Shown one piece after another: positions 27,155-42,374 of a DNA stretch of 64,000 nt (within the stretch, counting starts at the first letter, position 1; each line of letters opens with the position of its first letter). This DNA is from Podarcis liolepis (Eukaryota): NCBI GenBank assembly GCA_965112155.1, contig OZ218103.1; one strand, given 5' to 3'. Below the pieces are notes generated by a model. The model made no database searches. It saw nothing but the letters and a program-made list of their open reading frames with translations, and was not told where the DNA came from. Position numbers and translations under genes: made by a program.

Positions 27155-30100
27155 AAAGAATGGTGAGTCGTTTTGGCTCAGCCCGATATTTTTATTTCAG
27201 GTAAAGGTTCTAGACAAAGAGGGCTGCTGTTCAAGTTCCAGTCAGACAACTCTTTCCCACATGACATTATTATTATTATAGGCTGTATAAGCTTGTTCCT
27301 CTCCCACAGTACTTCTTATAAACGGAACATAAATTTTGTGACACTTTTGGGATGGAAGAGGTAGAAGTAGAACACTATGAAGTTTCAATCTTAAGTAGTT
27401 GGAATGAGGAAGGGGATTTGTACAGAGGGTGGTTAATGACGCTTTCTCCTTCACATTTTATTCTAACAAGTAACTCAGAGTTCTACCATGTTATTTGCTT
27501 TTCCAACAAGAGATATTTCCCAAAGGAGTTTGAGTGTGTGTAGCTACATTTCATTTCTTAGTTAATTCTTACAACACAGATGCCAAGAGGCTGGGCATTT
27601 GAAAGCACGTGGGGCTGCATTCAAGAAATCAAGCTTTGTGATCCATCCCTGTTATCAGTTCTGTGCAATAGCATTTAATCATCTTAAACTTCACCAACTG
27701 GAATAATTAAACTGTCTCTGTTATTTCAATATTCATTGAACAACCCACGTTTTGCTTTCTTCGGCGATTCATCCAGTGGTTCTTGTTAATATACAGCAGG
27801 GAAGAAGTGTTCTCCAGTGGTTTGATTGCTTTGAAAAACACTATAATTTGTAAGCAAATTGGGAAGCTTTGAAATGAAATGAAAGCATCAGTGACTAGAC
27901 AGGCAAAGCTCACCTTTCTCCTTTCCAGTGAAATGTTTCAGACCAGTGCTCATCATTGCCATGAATTACACCATAACGTCAATGGGCCCTTCCAGCTTTT
28001 GATTAAACTGTAGCTATTAAGGTTCCTGGGGGGAAAGAAAACAAAACAGGTAATATCTTGCTTGTAATATCTTTGTTGGGAAATTCACTTCCAGCAGCTC
28101 AAGCAGTGTCAATAAAGGTGATTTGCCATCATAAAGCAGAAAATAAGATGGGAAATACAGATGAAGCCATTGACTTGACTGTTGTGCTCTTGTTATGGGG
28201 AGAGATTATTTCACTTTAGAGAAAAACAATATGCTTCATACAACAGAGGCGAGGAAAAAAATCTCCTCTTGTTCACAGTCCCTTCACTTTTCCTAATCTT
28301 GAAGGGGAGAGGAATGCGGTGGTGCCGACTTCCCTTTCATCTCTTGAACACTGCAATAATAAATATGTGATCATGAATCCATTGGATTTCTTTTCTAGAA
28401 AGAAAAGAAGAGTCACAATCCAATTGAGTTTGATGCTTAAAAAATATCTATGCACATTTTACTTCCTAATTGCATTTGGAGAATCTAGGAATTAATGTAA
28501 ACAATGCTCACTTCTGTTAAATTATTTCTCTGTGAGTTAGCTTTACTGTGCTTTCCACTCTGTCTTTCAGTTTTGTATGTCAAATTGGTTTGAGAACAGG
28601 AGCTTATGCAATTTGCTATATTTTTTCATGTGTTTTTTTTTTCCAAACCACTAAGTCATCTATATGTATTCAATGCATATTGAAATGTTGTGATTCTTAT
28701 TTTCTTTTAGTTTGTTATGGAAAACATGAGTGCAGATTCCCATCAACAAGGTTATGGGCTATGGTGGGAAGAGGATACACATTCCTAGGCAAATCAACAG
28801 GCCCAACCCAAAGAACATTGCAATGTAGATGGGAATGTTCATTCTTTGTTGCTGTTGAACTTTTACTCTGGCTCCAGTACACTGCCACTGCTAGTGTTTG
28901 AAGCCAAGTACACATGCCATTAGCCACAATTAATATGTATCCTGTATTTTCTTGAGAATTACTTCTGTTCGAGGCATTTCCCCCCAAGCCAGTTTCCATC
29001 CATTTTGAAAATGCAAGCTGTGGTTAAGCTGAGATGTGTACAGTTCAGATAATCAGTGCACATGTGCAGATGACAGTTTCATTGAACAGGATTTCAGAGG
29101 TTGCAGGCATGAGGAAACAGATCAGGTAATACACATAAGCTGCCAATGCTCTTCTATCTTTCTTTCTCTCTTCCCACCCAAGGGGCTGCCAGGTGAGGGG
29201 CAGAATGCTGTTGCCAGGGGTGTGAAGTGATCGTCCCCATTTTCCTTTCATCACTCTACCCATTTCATCTCCCCCACATTTCCCCTGTCTTGCACTCGTC
29301 TCTGTCCAAGCCCCACCCTGCTGCCCATCACTTGATATTAGGGCAAGGGCTACAGGTTCCCTATCCCGACTTAGATACACAGGACCTAAAGTATCATTAA
29401 CAAATCTCCAGTCTCCCAATCTATTTAAGCATGTCTACTATGTTATATACAGAATTGCCCAGGAAGTATTCAGTTAGGTGAGCTCCTCTTTCTGTTTGAT
29501 ATTTGATGTCATGAGAATCATAGAATATGTTTTAAAATATGTTATGCAGGTTTTTATTTTTTTAACATTTCATTTGTTGTCTGTACTCCACCTTTTGCTT
29601 TGGAAGGAAGAGGAAGGACATGGAACTAGCTGCAATTCCTATTTCAATGCAAATCTGTTGTTGGTAATTGTAGTTTAGCAATTGTCTCAGCCTTCAGCTC
29701 AGCAATGATGAAAGATTCATGGGTGTGAATTATTAGCTGTGCCATTTACCTTGAAAATGCTCTCAACACTGTTGTGAGTATTTATTTTTGGAAGTTTTCT
29801 TTTGTTCTGTTCTGAATCTCATTATTCTGTAATTGTTGAGAACATTATTGTTAACAGGAGATGGTATAAAATATCTACCTTTCAAGAAGAGGACAGTTAA
29901 ATAAATCTGGAGGCTGGATTCTACCCTGCTTCCCCCCCCTTCCAGACTTGTAGTGTTGTCATTCTGCTGACTGTAATGGGATTGGTCTAACTTATAGGAG
30001 AATGCTGATTCCAACAGTCCTTTGCTGTGAGAACCACATTTTCAGGCGCTCTGATGGACTTTTGATGTGTAGTCTAGTGTAGGGCTTTATTTACATATCA

Positions 30101-31199
30101 CTAGAGGTGTTTCAGCAGGTGAGAAAGCCCCATTGTGCTAGCTGGAGTCCTTGTGTTGGCTTCCACTAGCAGAATGAATTGGTTGAACCCAGCCTTACAG
30201 CTGCAAACACCCACCCATTTTCATTGTCTCTATGATTATACTGTCACTGAAATTAAGGGAGGTTTTGCAGCAGAGGGAAGTTGGAACTCTTGGTTTATAG
30301 GTTTAGGAAGCTACATTTCAGAGCTAGTTTTAAGATTTGGTCCTTGTGAAGCATCTCATGTGGCACGTGGCATACGGACCCTGTAACTGAAGACTGTGTC
30401 TCTCTCCTGCAAGAAAGGCACAGCAAATCATGATGGATACATTTCCACCCATCCGAACAGACAATTTAGCACCACAACTCCTAATGGATCAGGCGTCTGC
30501 TAAAAGCGAATAATTGCTCAGATGTGAAGCTTGGCTTTCCTGATGAGAGGGATTTATGACATGTCAGGCTCCAGACATAAACGATAGCATCATATTATGC
30601 TAATTCTCATCATGCTCATGTGTGTGATGTGACACACTATAACACAAAATGACTGCCTAACATTTATAAGAAATACGAAGGGATGCCCCCACTACTAATT
30701 TGTAGTGGAAATATCAAACACATCACTAAAGGTTAACAACACCATCCTGGTGACTGGAAATGCGGGCCTGCTTGCAGATATAAGCAATCAATGCATTTTT
30801 GTGCCAACTAAACTATCCATGGTGCAATGAAATATCCTTATTTCCTTGAGTGGTTTCTTCTTCCTGCATTGCCCAGTGGTAAATAAAGCATATTATTCTG
30901 TGACCTAAAATCCCTTGGGACTCCCATTATATTTTTTCCCCTCTTCCAAGATTTCCATACTGGTGCTTTCCTGCTTGCACAATCTCACAATGTAGACAGC
31001 AGAGTTATCTACTGGTGTAATTATCTACTGAAAACTAGTATAGTATAGCTGTGACTAGGAGACTGATGAGCTATGAATCGGGAAGTCATGGGTTTATATC
31101 TCACTTGTGTGTTACTGCCTGCCATTTTTTATACTGACCCAGCATTGTGGGTTCCAACTGTGGTAATTTTGTTTGCAACATGTAATTCATCTGGAATAG

Positions 31200-31370
31200 T
31201 ATCCCCCAATTGCTGCCCTCCAGATCTATAATCCAGGAGTAGATAATGTAACACCCATTAGATGTTGTGGGCTGCAACTCCCATCAACCCAATCTAGCAT
31301 AGTCATCCCTCAGAGATTATGATAGTCGTAGTCTCACAACACCTGGAAGGAACCAAGTTGAGGAAACCCA
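31200..31370. mobile_element. Palindromic MITE (family A) with a ~36-bp insertion
   Basis: GCCCTCCAGAT[insert]AGATGTTGTGGGCTGCAACTCCCATC...ACAACACCTGGAAGG. Confidence 0.6.
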
Positions 31371-33649
31371 AACTGCAGTACTGCTGTCTTGTTTGGTATC
31401 TAGTATTTTAGTCCTGATTTTTAAGAAAGGCAGTTGGGGTAACCCTCAAAACTATCACCCAGTAAGTCTTTGTATGGTTTCTGCCAGAATACATGCTTTA
31501 AAAAAAAAAGGGGGGGGGAGATAGAATGTATAGAAGTGTGGGTTGAAGCAAATAAGTTCTTGTCTCCTAAATAGATAGTTTTCCCAAGGGGCATAGTATA
31601 ATGGAGCAGACCTCTTTTTAAAAATTATCTTATTCAAGCATATGTTATAATTGCACACCCCAAAAAGCTGTGGATAGTATTCAATGATTATATGTGCCAT
31701 CAGTGCAAGAATTTCTGCTTACACAACAGGACAACCTCCCTCACCTAGCCCTGTATGTGCCTTTCACTCTCCCAAGGTATTCTGTAGAGGGTCAGGGGAA
31801 CCCCTATAACAGATTTAAGGGGTGCAGTGGGGGAGCACATGCTAGAAATCCTTGCATGAATGGAACATTCATACAGCAGTGTTGCATTCAACCCTGTATG
31901 TTGCATTTATTCATCTCTCATCTGCCTCTGACCATTGACCAACAGAGTCCATGAGAAAAAACTAACTGTTGCTTCATTAGATAAGTGGCAGCTGTTTCCT
32001 ATATAACAGCTTTGCTGTTATACTCAAGTTAAAACTCAAACTTAATTCAGGGGCTCTCGTTCTGATCTGGTATTTACACCAGGGTTGCAGTCCTGCCCCT
32101 CTGTAATTTAATCTTTAGAGAAATGATGTAGTTCAGGAGCTCCCTTCGCCTTCCCCTCCCACTCAACTGGTAATCACAAAATTCCAGTGCTTCTTTATGC
32201 AGATTATATGGCTCTTATTTCATTATCCCAAGTAGGTATGAAAAGATTACTTTCTAATTTCAGAACTTATTGCAAGCAGGAAGGTTTATCTATTAATTAT
32301 ATTAAGGCTAAATTGGGGGGTGTTTGCCAAAAGGCATAAACAGCATAAATGGGTCCTGAATCATCATTCAATCAAAGAGTGTAGTTAGCTTTAGCTATTT
32401 AGGGCTTAATTTTGTGGAAATGCTCTGTAGCACATTCATTTTGAGGCAATTAAAATTTCATCTGACCATTCATTGGGGGCTATAATGAAACTTTATTAAA
32501 CTGAGGGTCACTGTTAGAACTGTTGTTCAAAATTTGCTTAGTGAAAACTGCATCTGGCTTGTTATAGAGTGCAGCAATCTGAGGTGGCTCTAATACAGGT
32601 GAACCTGATATAATTCAAAGTAAGTTTTTTTGTACTATTTGCAGTTCCACATACAATGCATTTGGTACACTACTTAGAATCTTATTTTACTTAACACATT
32701 CCCATACTACTACACATTTCTGAGTGGTGTGTGAAAAAAATCCACGGAAAATAAGACAAGGAAACAAGAAAATATTATAATAAATCCCAAACACATTTAA
32801 ATGTTACAAAGTTACAATGTTACAAAGCTAGACCGGATTCTGCAGCAGATGTATGCCAAGCTTCAGGCTTTCCCACATGTGACCAGGTTGCACTGGGTAC
32901 ACAATGCATGGCACAAAAGCTGCCAGAAATGTATTGTGAGAGAGGTGGTTGGTTTGCGTCACTTGAAAAGAAATGACATGTACAATAGGTAGGCCCATGT
33001 GTAAATATTTTAAGAGGATCAGAAGAAAGGACATATCATGTATCTGAATGTGAGGAATAGTACAATTCCATTCTATATCAGCTGGGGGTCCCCTGAGGCT
33101 CCCTTCATATATAAACCACAACCTCCCTTGAGGTAGCCTATACATAGCCTATTTCCCTTTATCAATAGGGCACAGATGCCTTTGGGAGACATTGTTTGCT
33201 TCTCAGACAAAGAAACCATCCACGCTCAAGAAAGAGGCACTGGGCAGGTTTTCAGGTGTGAAAACAAGCCACAGATGAGAACAAGATATTATTCTTTACG
33301 GGAGACGCTTACGAGAAGTACATCAAAGCCCCCTAATGACAAGCTGGGAGCGATACTACAGCAAGGAATAATCATAACAAGCAGATGAAGGGGAGTTAAC
33401 CATTACTAGAGTAGCTCTCACAGCTTGCTAGCCTTGCGAGAGGTGCCTGATCTCCATCAACGATGTAGGACCACAGACTGTTAGTGCATATGAAATAAGA
33501 TGAATTATTAACTGAAAGGCTGGGGCAATCATCTACAAACTTGGAGCTTAACATTCTATGCATTTGTTAATAACATCCTTTCCCCCTGCCCTGGCCACAC
33601 AGAATGTACAAATTAGAGAAAGCAAACTGGGGTTTATACTAGAACAACC

Positions 33650-34950
33650 ATCACATGTCTCCTGTCTACCAGCATCAGCATATATTATCTCCATTAGATG
33701 AGCATGTATTTAATTGAGCTGAAGGACAAACACGCAAATGTTGAGGGTTTGATTATTTTTCTCAGCTGGGGGAGCAGTGCCAGGCCATCCTCTCTCCGAC
33801 ACTGTGCATCAATTAGGTCTTGAGAGGCGACAGTAACCTAAACCGAACCTGGAGATGCTCCACTGGGTCCCTGGGAGAGTTCAGGAGCTCCGTTTGGGTT
33901 GAAAGCGTGATGTTTTCCCACAAGGGAACCACCAGTCACAATAATTACATTGCTGTCTACTCGTAATATGATTTATTTAGATGTTGCCTTATGAATTAAT
34001 TCCCTCTAATTGCCGCTCCTCTCGCTGTAAATCAAGGTTTCCTGCTTTCTGTGGAGCAGCGAACATGATCCTACACTGCCATAATTAGTCCAATTAGAAA
34101 GGAAGGCAGATGTGGGGAGCCAATTACTTGCCGGAATATGTCTGCTCCAATGTATTCTGAGTGCCATTCGATTGAAATTTAATAGCAACTTAATAAAACA
34201 TTGTTTTATTCATAAACCAAACTCCCTTTGGGCTATTAGTTTTCCTGAGGAGACACTTCCAATGAGTTTTATGGCTGGTGAGTTAAGGGTCTTCTTAAAG
34301 AGGTAAATCGGGAGCAGATCCATTGAAATGTATGGATGCAGGCTGGGTGAGGGAAATGAGAATTGACTCCCTTTTCTGCAGTAACATTTCTTACTCTTCC
34401 CACGGAGAGAATGAAATTAATGACTTTGCCTCCCGAATCAGTGCAAACGTCAGAAGCTGTTCAAACTGTTTGTCACAGCCAGGTCTTTACTCCATGTGGT
34501 GGAACTCTTGTTACTGAAAGCCTTGCCTTAGGCAACACCCTCAATCAAATAGACCAAATCAGAGTAAACATCCACACACATCTGACCCGTTTGGTAAGCA
34601 TTCCCTGAAGCTTCATGTCACCGCGCTTGATGTTGCTGTGCCCCCAAAGAGCAAACTCATCAAAAGTGAGATGTGCGTTATACAGGAGAAAACAACTCAA
34701 AATCTGTCTGAGCCCAAGAACTGGGAGAAACGATACATGATAAATAAAACAGAAGAGAAATAGGGGGCAAGCACGGTTATTGTGCAGCTTAAAAGAGGGC
34801 TAACCCCCCCTGACCTGTACACTGGGTGATATTGGCCGGTTTGCTGCTTTGCTCTGATTGAGTTCAAACTGCTGAGACGCTCAGTCGTCCCTGTGAAATT
34901 TGAGCAAGTAAAAAGGTGACTCATTCCAAATGGGCATTAAGCAGAAAATG
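33650..34950. promoter_or_regulatory. Candidate conserved developmental enhancer block
   Basis: About 1.3 kb without recognisable repeats, CpG-retaining; TGATTTAT (33969-33976, PBX-HOX), TTTTATGG (34267-34274, CDX/posterior HOX), many TAATT sites. Confidence 0.5.
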
Positions 34951-35629
34951 GGTTGTTTCACAGGGTGCAAGGCACAAAACATTTACAGTCCTATTTGCCA
35001 AGTGCCCTTATGGAGTTTGTTGTGACTAGGGTTGCCATACAGAAGGAAGAAGCTTGGTTTTTTAAAATGTTAAATATATGGTAGTCAGATTGCTCCATTA
35101 GCTAGAAATCGCTGTTTGCAACTTCCCCACACCAAGTAGGAAGAGCAGAAAGCTTGTGATGGATGTAACTTGATATTACATCTCAGCATAGCATCAGCAA
35201 GGCTCTAAATTTGTTGTCCCTCCTGCTCTGGAAAGCAAGACAGGGGGCAAATTTGGCTGTCGTGCTGGTTTCAGTTTGCAGTGCCTTTGATGAACCATCA
35301 CTCCCAAGTCACAGTGAGCAGAATTTACCATTTTTAAAGCAAAACGCTTCAGTTATTTGCTATGTATCTGGCACTGCAGCTATCAGGGCTACTGGATGTC
35401 TTGACCCATGATTATACGATAGCATGAGGGATGGCTGAAATGTTCGCAAGCTATGTAGAATGGCATTGGGGTTGTATTTAGACTGCACATTTTTTCAGCA
35501 GCTAATTCTCTTTAGGTTTAAAAGCATTATAGCCTTTAGTCCCAGCCAGTGAATTACGTGGTTCAGGTCCCTGTGGCCTACCTAACCTTGAGTTCTGGAC
35601 CTGAGGGGCATGGAGATCTTAAGAATGTA

Positions 35630-35933
35630 GGGTTGTATTCACTTATGTCCCACCAACGATGGAAGGTCCTTTGATCCAGTGGGGGCTTCTGAATCATTGG
35701 AATGAGAAAGGGAGTTAATTTTCACATATTCCTCCATTGCAGCCTTCATTCCCCTTCTCCAAGATGCTCTAGAGGATTGGGAAAAATTGCATGAGAGAGG
35801 GTGGTGGTGGAGTATCTATGTGAAGGGGAACTGGTGAAAATAGCCTCCTTTCCTTTCCCATAGATGGGAATCTACACTGGACCAATAAGCTTTGGGAGCG
35901 GGCGGGGTGTAGCTATAACCATGGATACAACCC
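35630..35933. mobile_element. MITE with GGGTTGTAT(T/C)CA TIRs (Harbinger-like)
   Basis: GGGTTGTATTCA ... TGGATACAACCC; a related degraded copy lies at about 16000-16210. Confidence 0.65.
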
Positions 35934-38721
35934 ACAGAAACTTTCCCAGAGAAAATATTTAGCAACTTAAAGATTCAATGACCACAAAGATAGCATAAAC
36001 AGCAGTTACTAAACGATGTTGCCTTTAGTTATGTGCTATGGAAGATTATATAACTATAATATTTTATATAAATATTATATTGTTAATTATTATTTTATTA
36101 AAATAGAACTATTTATATAAATATATTAATAATAAATATGAAAACAACTCTTGTGTTTACCTCTTCTGACGATCCGGGGTGTGTGGTGTGTGTGCATTGC
36201 CTTAACAATATTAGAAACGGCACTGACCTAACTTTGTTCATCTTTATGCATGGTTTCTGGAATCTCTCTAGGCTATATGAGTTTTGTATATGTACGTTTG
36301 AATTTAATAGGATGTACTGAACTTACAAATTAATTAACTCTCACATTCAAACAAAATTAAATGTCTAAACCCCTAATTTTGGTAAATTGATGTTTCAGTG
36401 AGCTAAAGGTAGCTTACATAAGATCAATAAAAACAAGACAATCCCTTTCATCAAGGTTACAGTCTTAAGGATGTGAAACAAAAGGGAAAGGGGGATTAGA
36501 ATGGAAAAGGAAAACAAGCAAAGTTAGGCACTAGTTCCTAAATTTACATAAGCCTTTTTCAGGTATTCTACCCTACAGAATTCCAACTGCAAGAGGAGGG
36601 CAGAAAGGGGATGTGTTATTAAGCCCAACACCTCCAGTACATTACCCTTGTTATTCTGATGGCACATGGTGGCACCATTGCAGGCATGGCAATTTGATGT
36701 GTGAGAAGGGGTGGGGCCAAGGACCCCTGCTCTCCCTCTCAGGTAGGTAGACTCATGTATTGATAGTGATACCTGAGGAGAGCTTGACTAGTTGGAATAA
36801 GGATAGAAGGAGCCGAATGGAGCTGATGGAGTGGTCCTGCTACCCATTGATCCATCTCCTGCAGTCTGAAAAAACAGCTGCTTCCAGTGGTTAGAGAGCG
36901 AAACCTGATGGAGCCTCATGTAAGCATAGCCAATGGAGTAGTTCTGCTTCCCACTCCTCCTGTGCTTCTGCCTGAAGGAATGAATGCTGTCAGGTGACAA
37001 AGGAGAGAGGGAGAAATCCAGAAGAACTAGCTTCAGCAAAGCTCATGGAGTGGTTCAAATATTTGAATTTGACTATGTTTTGAATACTTCTTTCAGCTGT
37101 TATAAAATGTTTATAACTCAGGAATTTATAGAATATTTATAATTCAGTCAGAATAAACTACCCAGGGCTAGGCAGAGCAATGATCTGACTCATTATAAAG
37201 CAGATTTTTTTAATGTTCATTTATGTGTGTATTTTACAGATGCACAGATTCCCTGCCTCTCAGTCTTCCAGGGCTTCAAGGTTGGTTGTCAAAACAAATT
37301 CAAAGGGAAACAAGGAGTGAGGTGGGAGAGAGCGCTGGGCAGAACAGGCTGATGCCGCAAGGGACAAACGGAATTGGTACATAATTGATATGGCATTGAT
37401 TTACCAAAGCTGAACACATTTCAAACAGTAGGACTTCCATATCTGTGTAACATTATGACATGAGTTATAGACAATCCAAGCAGTTTTCTGGTTGAATTAG
37501 CCAGCTAGGGGATTAAGAAAGATAAAAGAGAAGAACTGAGATCACAGCCTGTGCCCAGACTAACATAAATTTAGAGCTAGCTTCAGATCTAGTGAAACAA
37601 TGCTCTGTTTCTTGTCCATCCCATGAGGGCAGTGTCGGTAGTAAAATCTGTGATGAAGTGATGAGGACAGCAGACCACAGCTCAGAAACTCAGGGACCAT
37701 AGCCAGCATGTAATAAATATCCTGAGGGTAAGATGATCAGACAGACAGATACATGCCTGAGAAAGATCAGGTGTTCACCAAAAAGAAATCACAGTATGAT
37801 AATATGCAATTTTGTCTTATGTGCTGTGGACAAGGCCATCGTATGATGACTTTTATGAACTTGGACCGATTTACAGCAGTAGGATATATGGCTCATTGAC
37901 TCAAAGTGAGGTACCATTGATTTCTCCATACTGGGATTAAAGCCCATTGATTTTGTTAGAGAAATTGTTGAAAAATCTGGCGGCATTGTTTTTCAAGGCT
38001 CAGAAGCCAGAAGGAAAATATTTATGACATTTTAAAATGTCATTAGTGTAAAAATTGGATTCATTTTTTTTTGGGGGGGGGGTCTGACTATATGGTTGAA
38101 CATTTGGGGTTGGTCATACCAGATCAACTACAAATGTCACAGAGTTGCTTTTACTCACATGTATCTTGACGCCTATCCTGGGCCAAGTTTAGTTTTAATT
38201 TCAAGTCATTTCCTGGAGTTAGCAGTGATCATCACAAATTCATACTTTGTGTGTAAATTATTCTGGATTTTGGAGGAACTTTCACCAGCTTTAAACAAAC
38301 ATGTCTGAATATTCTGAATTTGTTAAAAACATCCACCAACATTTTCTTAGGGGGGGGGAGACAGGATAAATGTAGTTTGTAAATTTCTGCAATACTGTAT
38401 GCACATTCTTACTTGGAATAGACATGGTACAGGATTGCATTGTAACCTCCTGAACTTTCCCTAGGATTGAACACTTCTGATTCAATCCCAGAAGCATTGT
38501 TTGCCAAGCAAAGACAAACCTTTGTTCTACTGTTTGGCATTTAGTTTGTTTAAAGCATGATCCCTTGTTTGAAGATGGAGATATCAGCAATTAAATTTGG
38601 TTCGCAAGTTCAGAGCACAACTAGATTTTATCTCAGATTTAAATGGAAGCTCAGTCTCCTACACCTGTTTTCAAAGGAGAAATACAATATCTGCTGTGAA
38701 TGACATTATTATTTACGATAA

Positions 38722-38848
38722 TCAATTACATGTATATCCTGTAATTCCTCCAAGGAATTTAAGATGGCATACACAAGCCTTGCCCCCCATTTATCTTCAC
38801 AACCACACAGTGAGGTAGGTTAGACTGAGGAAGTATGCTAGACCAAGG
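38722..38848 (-). mobile_element. Squam3A-like SINE 3' half
   Basis: TCCTCCAAGGAATTTAAGATGGCATAC...CTTCACAAC...TGAGGTAGGTTAGACTGAGG, same as 59159-59300. Confidence 0.7.
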
Positions 38849-40679
38849 ACTGCATGATATACTGTGTGGGCCATGTGCATCCTATGGCTGCAAGATCCCC
38901 ACTCTGGTCTAGATGTGCAAAAACTGCTATTCAAGCTGAGAAAAATAATAGACATGGTGTCCTTCTCCCAAGCATTTTGAATGGCACTGCCTCACCAACC
39001 TCAATCCGCCTTCAGCCAGCAATTGCCTGCCTTTCTTCCTAGTTACAACCAGTCCTGGGATGGCACTACCAGTCAACTTCCTCCTCCTTAGATTCGGTGT
39101 TGTCCTTGTAGAACTCAGCAGGGAGGAGAACTAGAATGTATAGAACTAGAATTAATTGGCTCTGTGTTCCATTGGCTGTTTTTGCAATAGTCATTGGCTC
39201 TGGCTCCACCTACTGTTGACCTCCTGCCTTATGCCCTACTAGTGTCAATGGACACCAGCCACCACAGCTTCGTTTGAATCCTTCCACCAACTACACACTT
39301 AACTGAATAACTACGACCCACAGTGGAGTGAAATATGCAACATAAGTTTAGGACACCATTCAGCCACCTCTTAACCACAAAATTCAACCATCTCTTACCT
39401 TGTTTGGGAAAGATGTGTTTTTCTTCCTTTGTAAACATTCCTATTAGACAGTCACTGGCTTGCCCATGCTCAAGAAATGGTCAGTTTCCTCCCTTTGTAA
39501 CCCCCCTCCCCATCCTGGAGAAGGGATTTATTTGACATCACATTGTTTGTTTACTTTGCAAAGTGATCGATAAAACATTAAGTGGAGAGAAGCAAAGACT
39601 CAGCACTTTCACTAGTAATTAATTGAACAATGAAGCATTCCCAACATAGGTTTCTGCAGTGAGAAAGGCATATCCATGGGAAGAAACAAACTGAGTTTTA
39701 CACCTGCCTTTAATTTGACTAAAACAGAACTGAAATGGCTGGTGTTTGCGACATTTCCATTACCTACAGAGCTTTGTTTTTTGTTTTGTTTTTTACATTG
39801 GATGCTGGCCCATCTATTTTCTCCTATCTAGTGCACAGGAGACAACCATGATCCTAATTGGGCCATTAGGAGAGGTGTTGAAATGTTGCTAATTGTCAAA
39901 GGCAATTAAGTGTAGCAACATGTCACAGGTAAATTAACGAGACTCCAGGTGTTATGAGCAAGTTGCATTCATTTTGGTAGAAAACAAACACTCTCTCATC
40001 TGCATATTGCCCATCATTTTCTTTCTGTCCATTTCACAGAAAATTGCACAGCAGGCCTGGAAATGCAGGCTTTCCTTTTTTTAAGCAACATGGCCTTAAC
40101 ATAGGTTATTTGGGGTTTTCCATTAAAGGACAAATGTCCCTGTATTACAGTCATTTCAGAAGTGAGCATCATGAGTGGTGTCATGGTTTGACATTCCTCA
40201 GATGTTCTGTCTGCACCAAGAACACCCATGATCTTTCAGTTTAGTTTGATCAAAATCTAGCGGCAGCCTAAGGACAGTCCTGAGAAATCTTGCATGTCCA
40301 TGGGGAAATGTTTGGATTTTTTGAAATTCCTTAGATACTATGCTTTTAAAACTTCCCTTGGAACTCTATATTGGAGAATGGTATAGAAATTCCTCAAATA
40401 ATTTCGTAAGATAAGAATATTTTACCCAAGTAGGAATCTCCACAGCCAACTAACTAACATCCAGGTCTACCCAGCTTCTGGATAACACTGCAAGTAGAGA
40501 CTCAGCATTGACATTTTCAGCTTTAAAGATATTCCCTTGTTATTCCCATACTACATGCTAGCCTTTCAACAAGTGTCTTCTGCTTCAATCTTTAAACATC
40601 CACTGAAAACATTACCATGCCACCAGGCTTACGTAGGCAATGAAGAAAATATATTTCCTTATTGGTTAGTAGATGGTCT

Positions 40680-40781
40680 TTGATTTTAAATTTTAACATA
40701 ATTCTTAAGTATATTATTATATTTTATTATATATTATATAGGCATTGTTGTAAACCCCACTGATATTTTTATGATATAGCA

Positions 40782-40830
<49 letters not shown>

Positions 40831-40842
40831 TAAATAAATAAT
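40680..40842 (+). mobile_element. L2-type 3' tail containing a (TA)n microsatellite (40783-40827)
   Basis: TTGTAAACCCCACTGATATTTTTATGATATAGCAGTATA...(TAAA)n. Confidence 0.6.
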
Positions 40843-42374
40843 CAGGTTGAAGGATGAGTATGCACTTGTGGGCAAGGTATGAACCTGTCAAGTTCAGACC
40901 GTATGCTTACAACTCAAGTAAGAAGATGCATATATTCACAAACTGCCTGAGATCTATGCCCTTTCAATATGTGCCTCTTTTGGAAAAAGAACACAGTGGA
41001 TACAATTGAAAATGGTTATCAATGTTTCCCTGCATGGGCTAACAAATACCTATCAAATCAGTTTGGGGTGCTGTGCTCTCACACATTTTGGGGGCTCTGT
41101 GATATCATGCAAGGTCACATCTCACATGTTTTGTCCAAAAAATGTACATTTTGAGGCTCCGCAATGTCACATGGGTCACGTGACTCATGAAGGAGTGGGG
41201 CCATGTCCCGGATTCTAAGGTAAAAATGTTGGAGGGTATGCTTCCAGAGTGTCTGAGAGGAGAAGGAGAGACCAGATCTTTTTCTTTCCTTCCATCATGC
41301 AGTTTCTGCTACCCTGGTAGACAAGTTTTATAAAGGGAAAGGGGGTGGAAATTGGAAGTGCAAATATGTGTATGAGAGAGCAGGTTTGAGGACTGGGCAG
41401 ACCAGATTTTCTTTGAAATAAGCATTAGGGTCATCTAAAGCTGTATGTGAGTCCAGCAAGCACTGCTGACATCTCTATAAATAATTAGTCTACAAAAGGA
41501 GATCCAATTTCACTGGGACCTTACCTCGTTCCTTACGTAATTATTACTCTAGTCTAGGGATCAACAACTGGAAGCTCTGCAGTCCCGTAGGAAAACCTGG
41601 TATCAATCCGAGATGCCAGGCTACAGATAAAAGGGTGTTGTGAATGTTAGCTGTAGGTCTTGTCAACAGCCCACTTTGAAATGGGGAATGGAAGCTGGCG
41701 ATCTACAGCTTTATCAGCATCCCACAAAGTGGCTACCAGAAATCTAAGTTGTTGACCAGGCCTCTCCCCCATGTATGTCATGAACAGAATCTTGATCTGT
41801 TAGGGTCCAGCCTAAGATTTAATTCAACAGAGCTTATAGTCAATAAACATTTGCTTTTGGAGTCATACCGAGTAGCTGCTTATCATCAGAGGAGTAAATG
41901 AATATGTCACCATTTTGGCTGTGTTGCATAAACACTGAAAGAGATTTATATCAACCAGGTTCTCTGGCAGCAGTAAAAGAACCTACTCTTTGAAACTGCC
42001 TGGATTTAATGCAAAGTATAGTCTGCTATCCAGTAGGACACATATTTCAGAGAGCTGGTCTTTAGATCTTTGGGTTATTTCTTATAATGCCTTTTAAATA
42101 AATAGGTGCATGTTCCTCATCTATGCTGACATCAGAAGACACATGAAAAAGTAGACCATAAATCACTATATACATCTATCTTTGCAAGCGTGGAGTGACA
42201 TCTGCTTCTATGCACTCACTTCCATACTGCTCCAGGAATGCTGGCATTGGAAGTAATGCCTCTCCGAGTCAAGTAATACTGGAGTAGCCTTGAAACTAGA
42301 ACTGTGTAATAATGGCCTTCTCTGCCTTATTTGTGGACAGAAAAAATGAGAAGGCCACTTAAGCTGTTCTGTTC

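Noticed and set aside
38024-38043. 20-bp perfect palindrome ATGACATTTTAAAATGTCAT
   Set aside because: AT-rich and isolated; no function can be supported.
38811-38830. let-7-like TGAGGTAGGTT
   Set aside because: Part of the Squam3 SINE body (also at about 59266); no miRNA hairpin.
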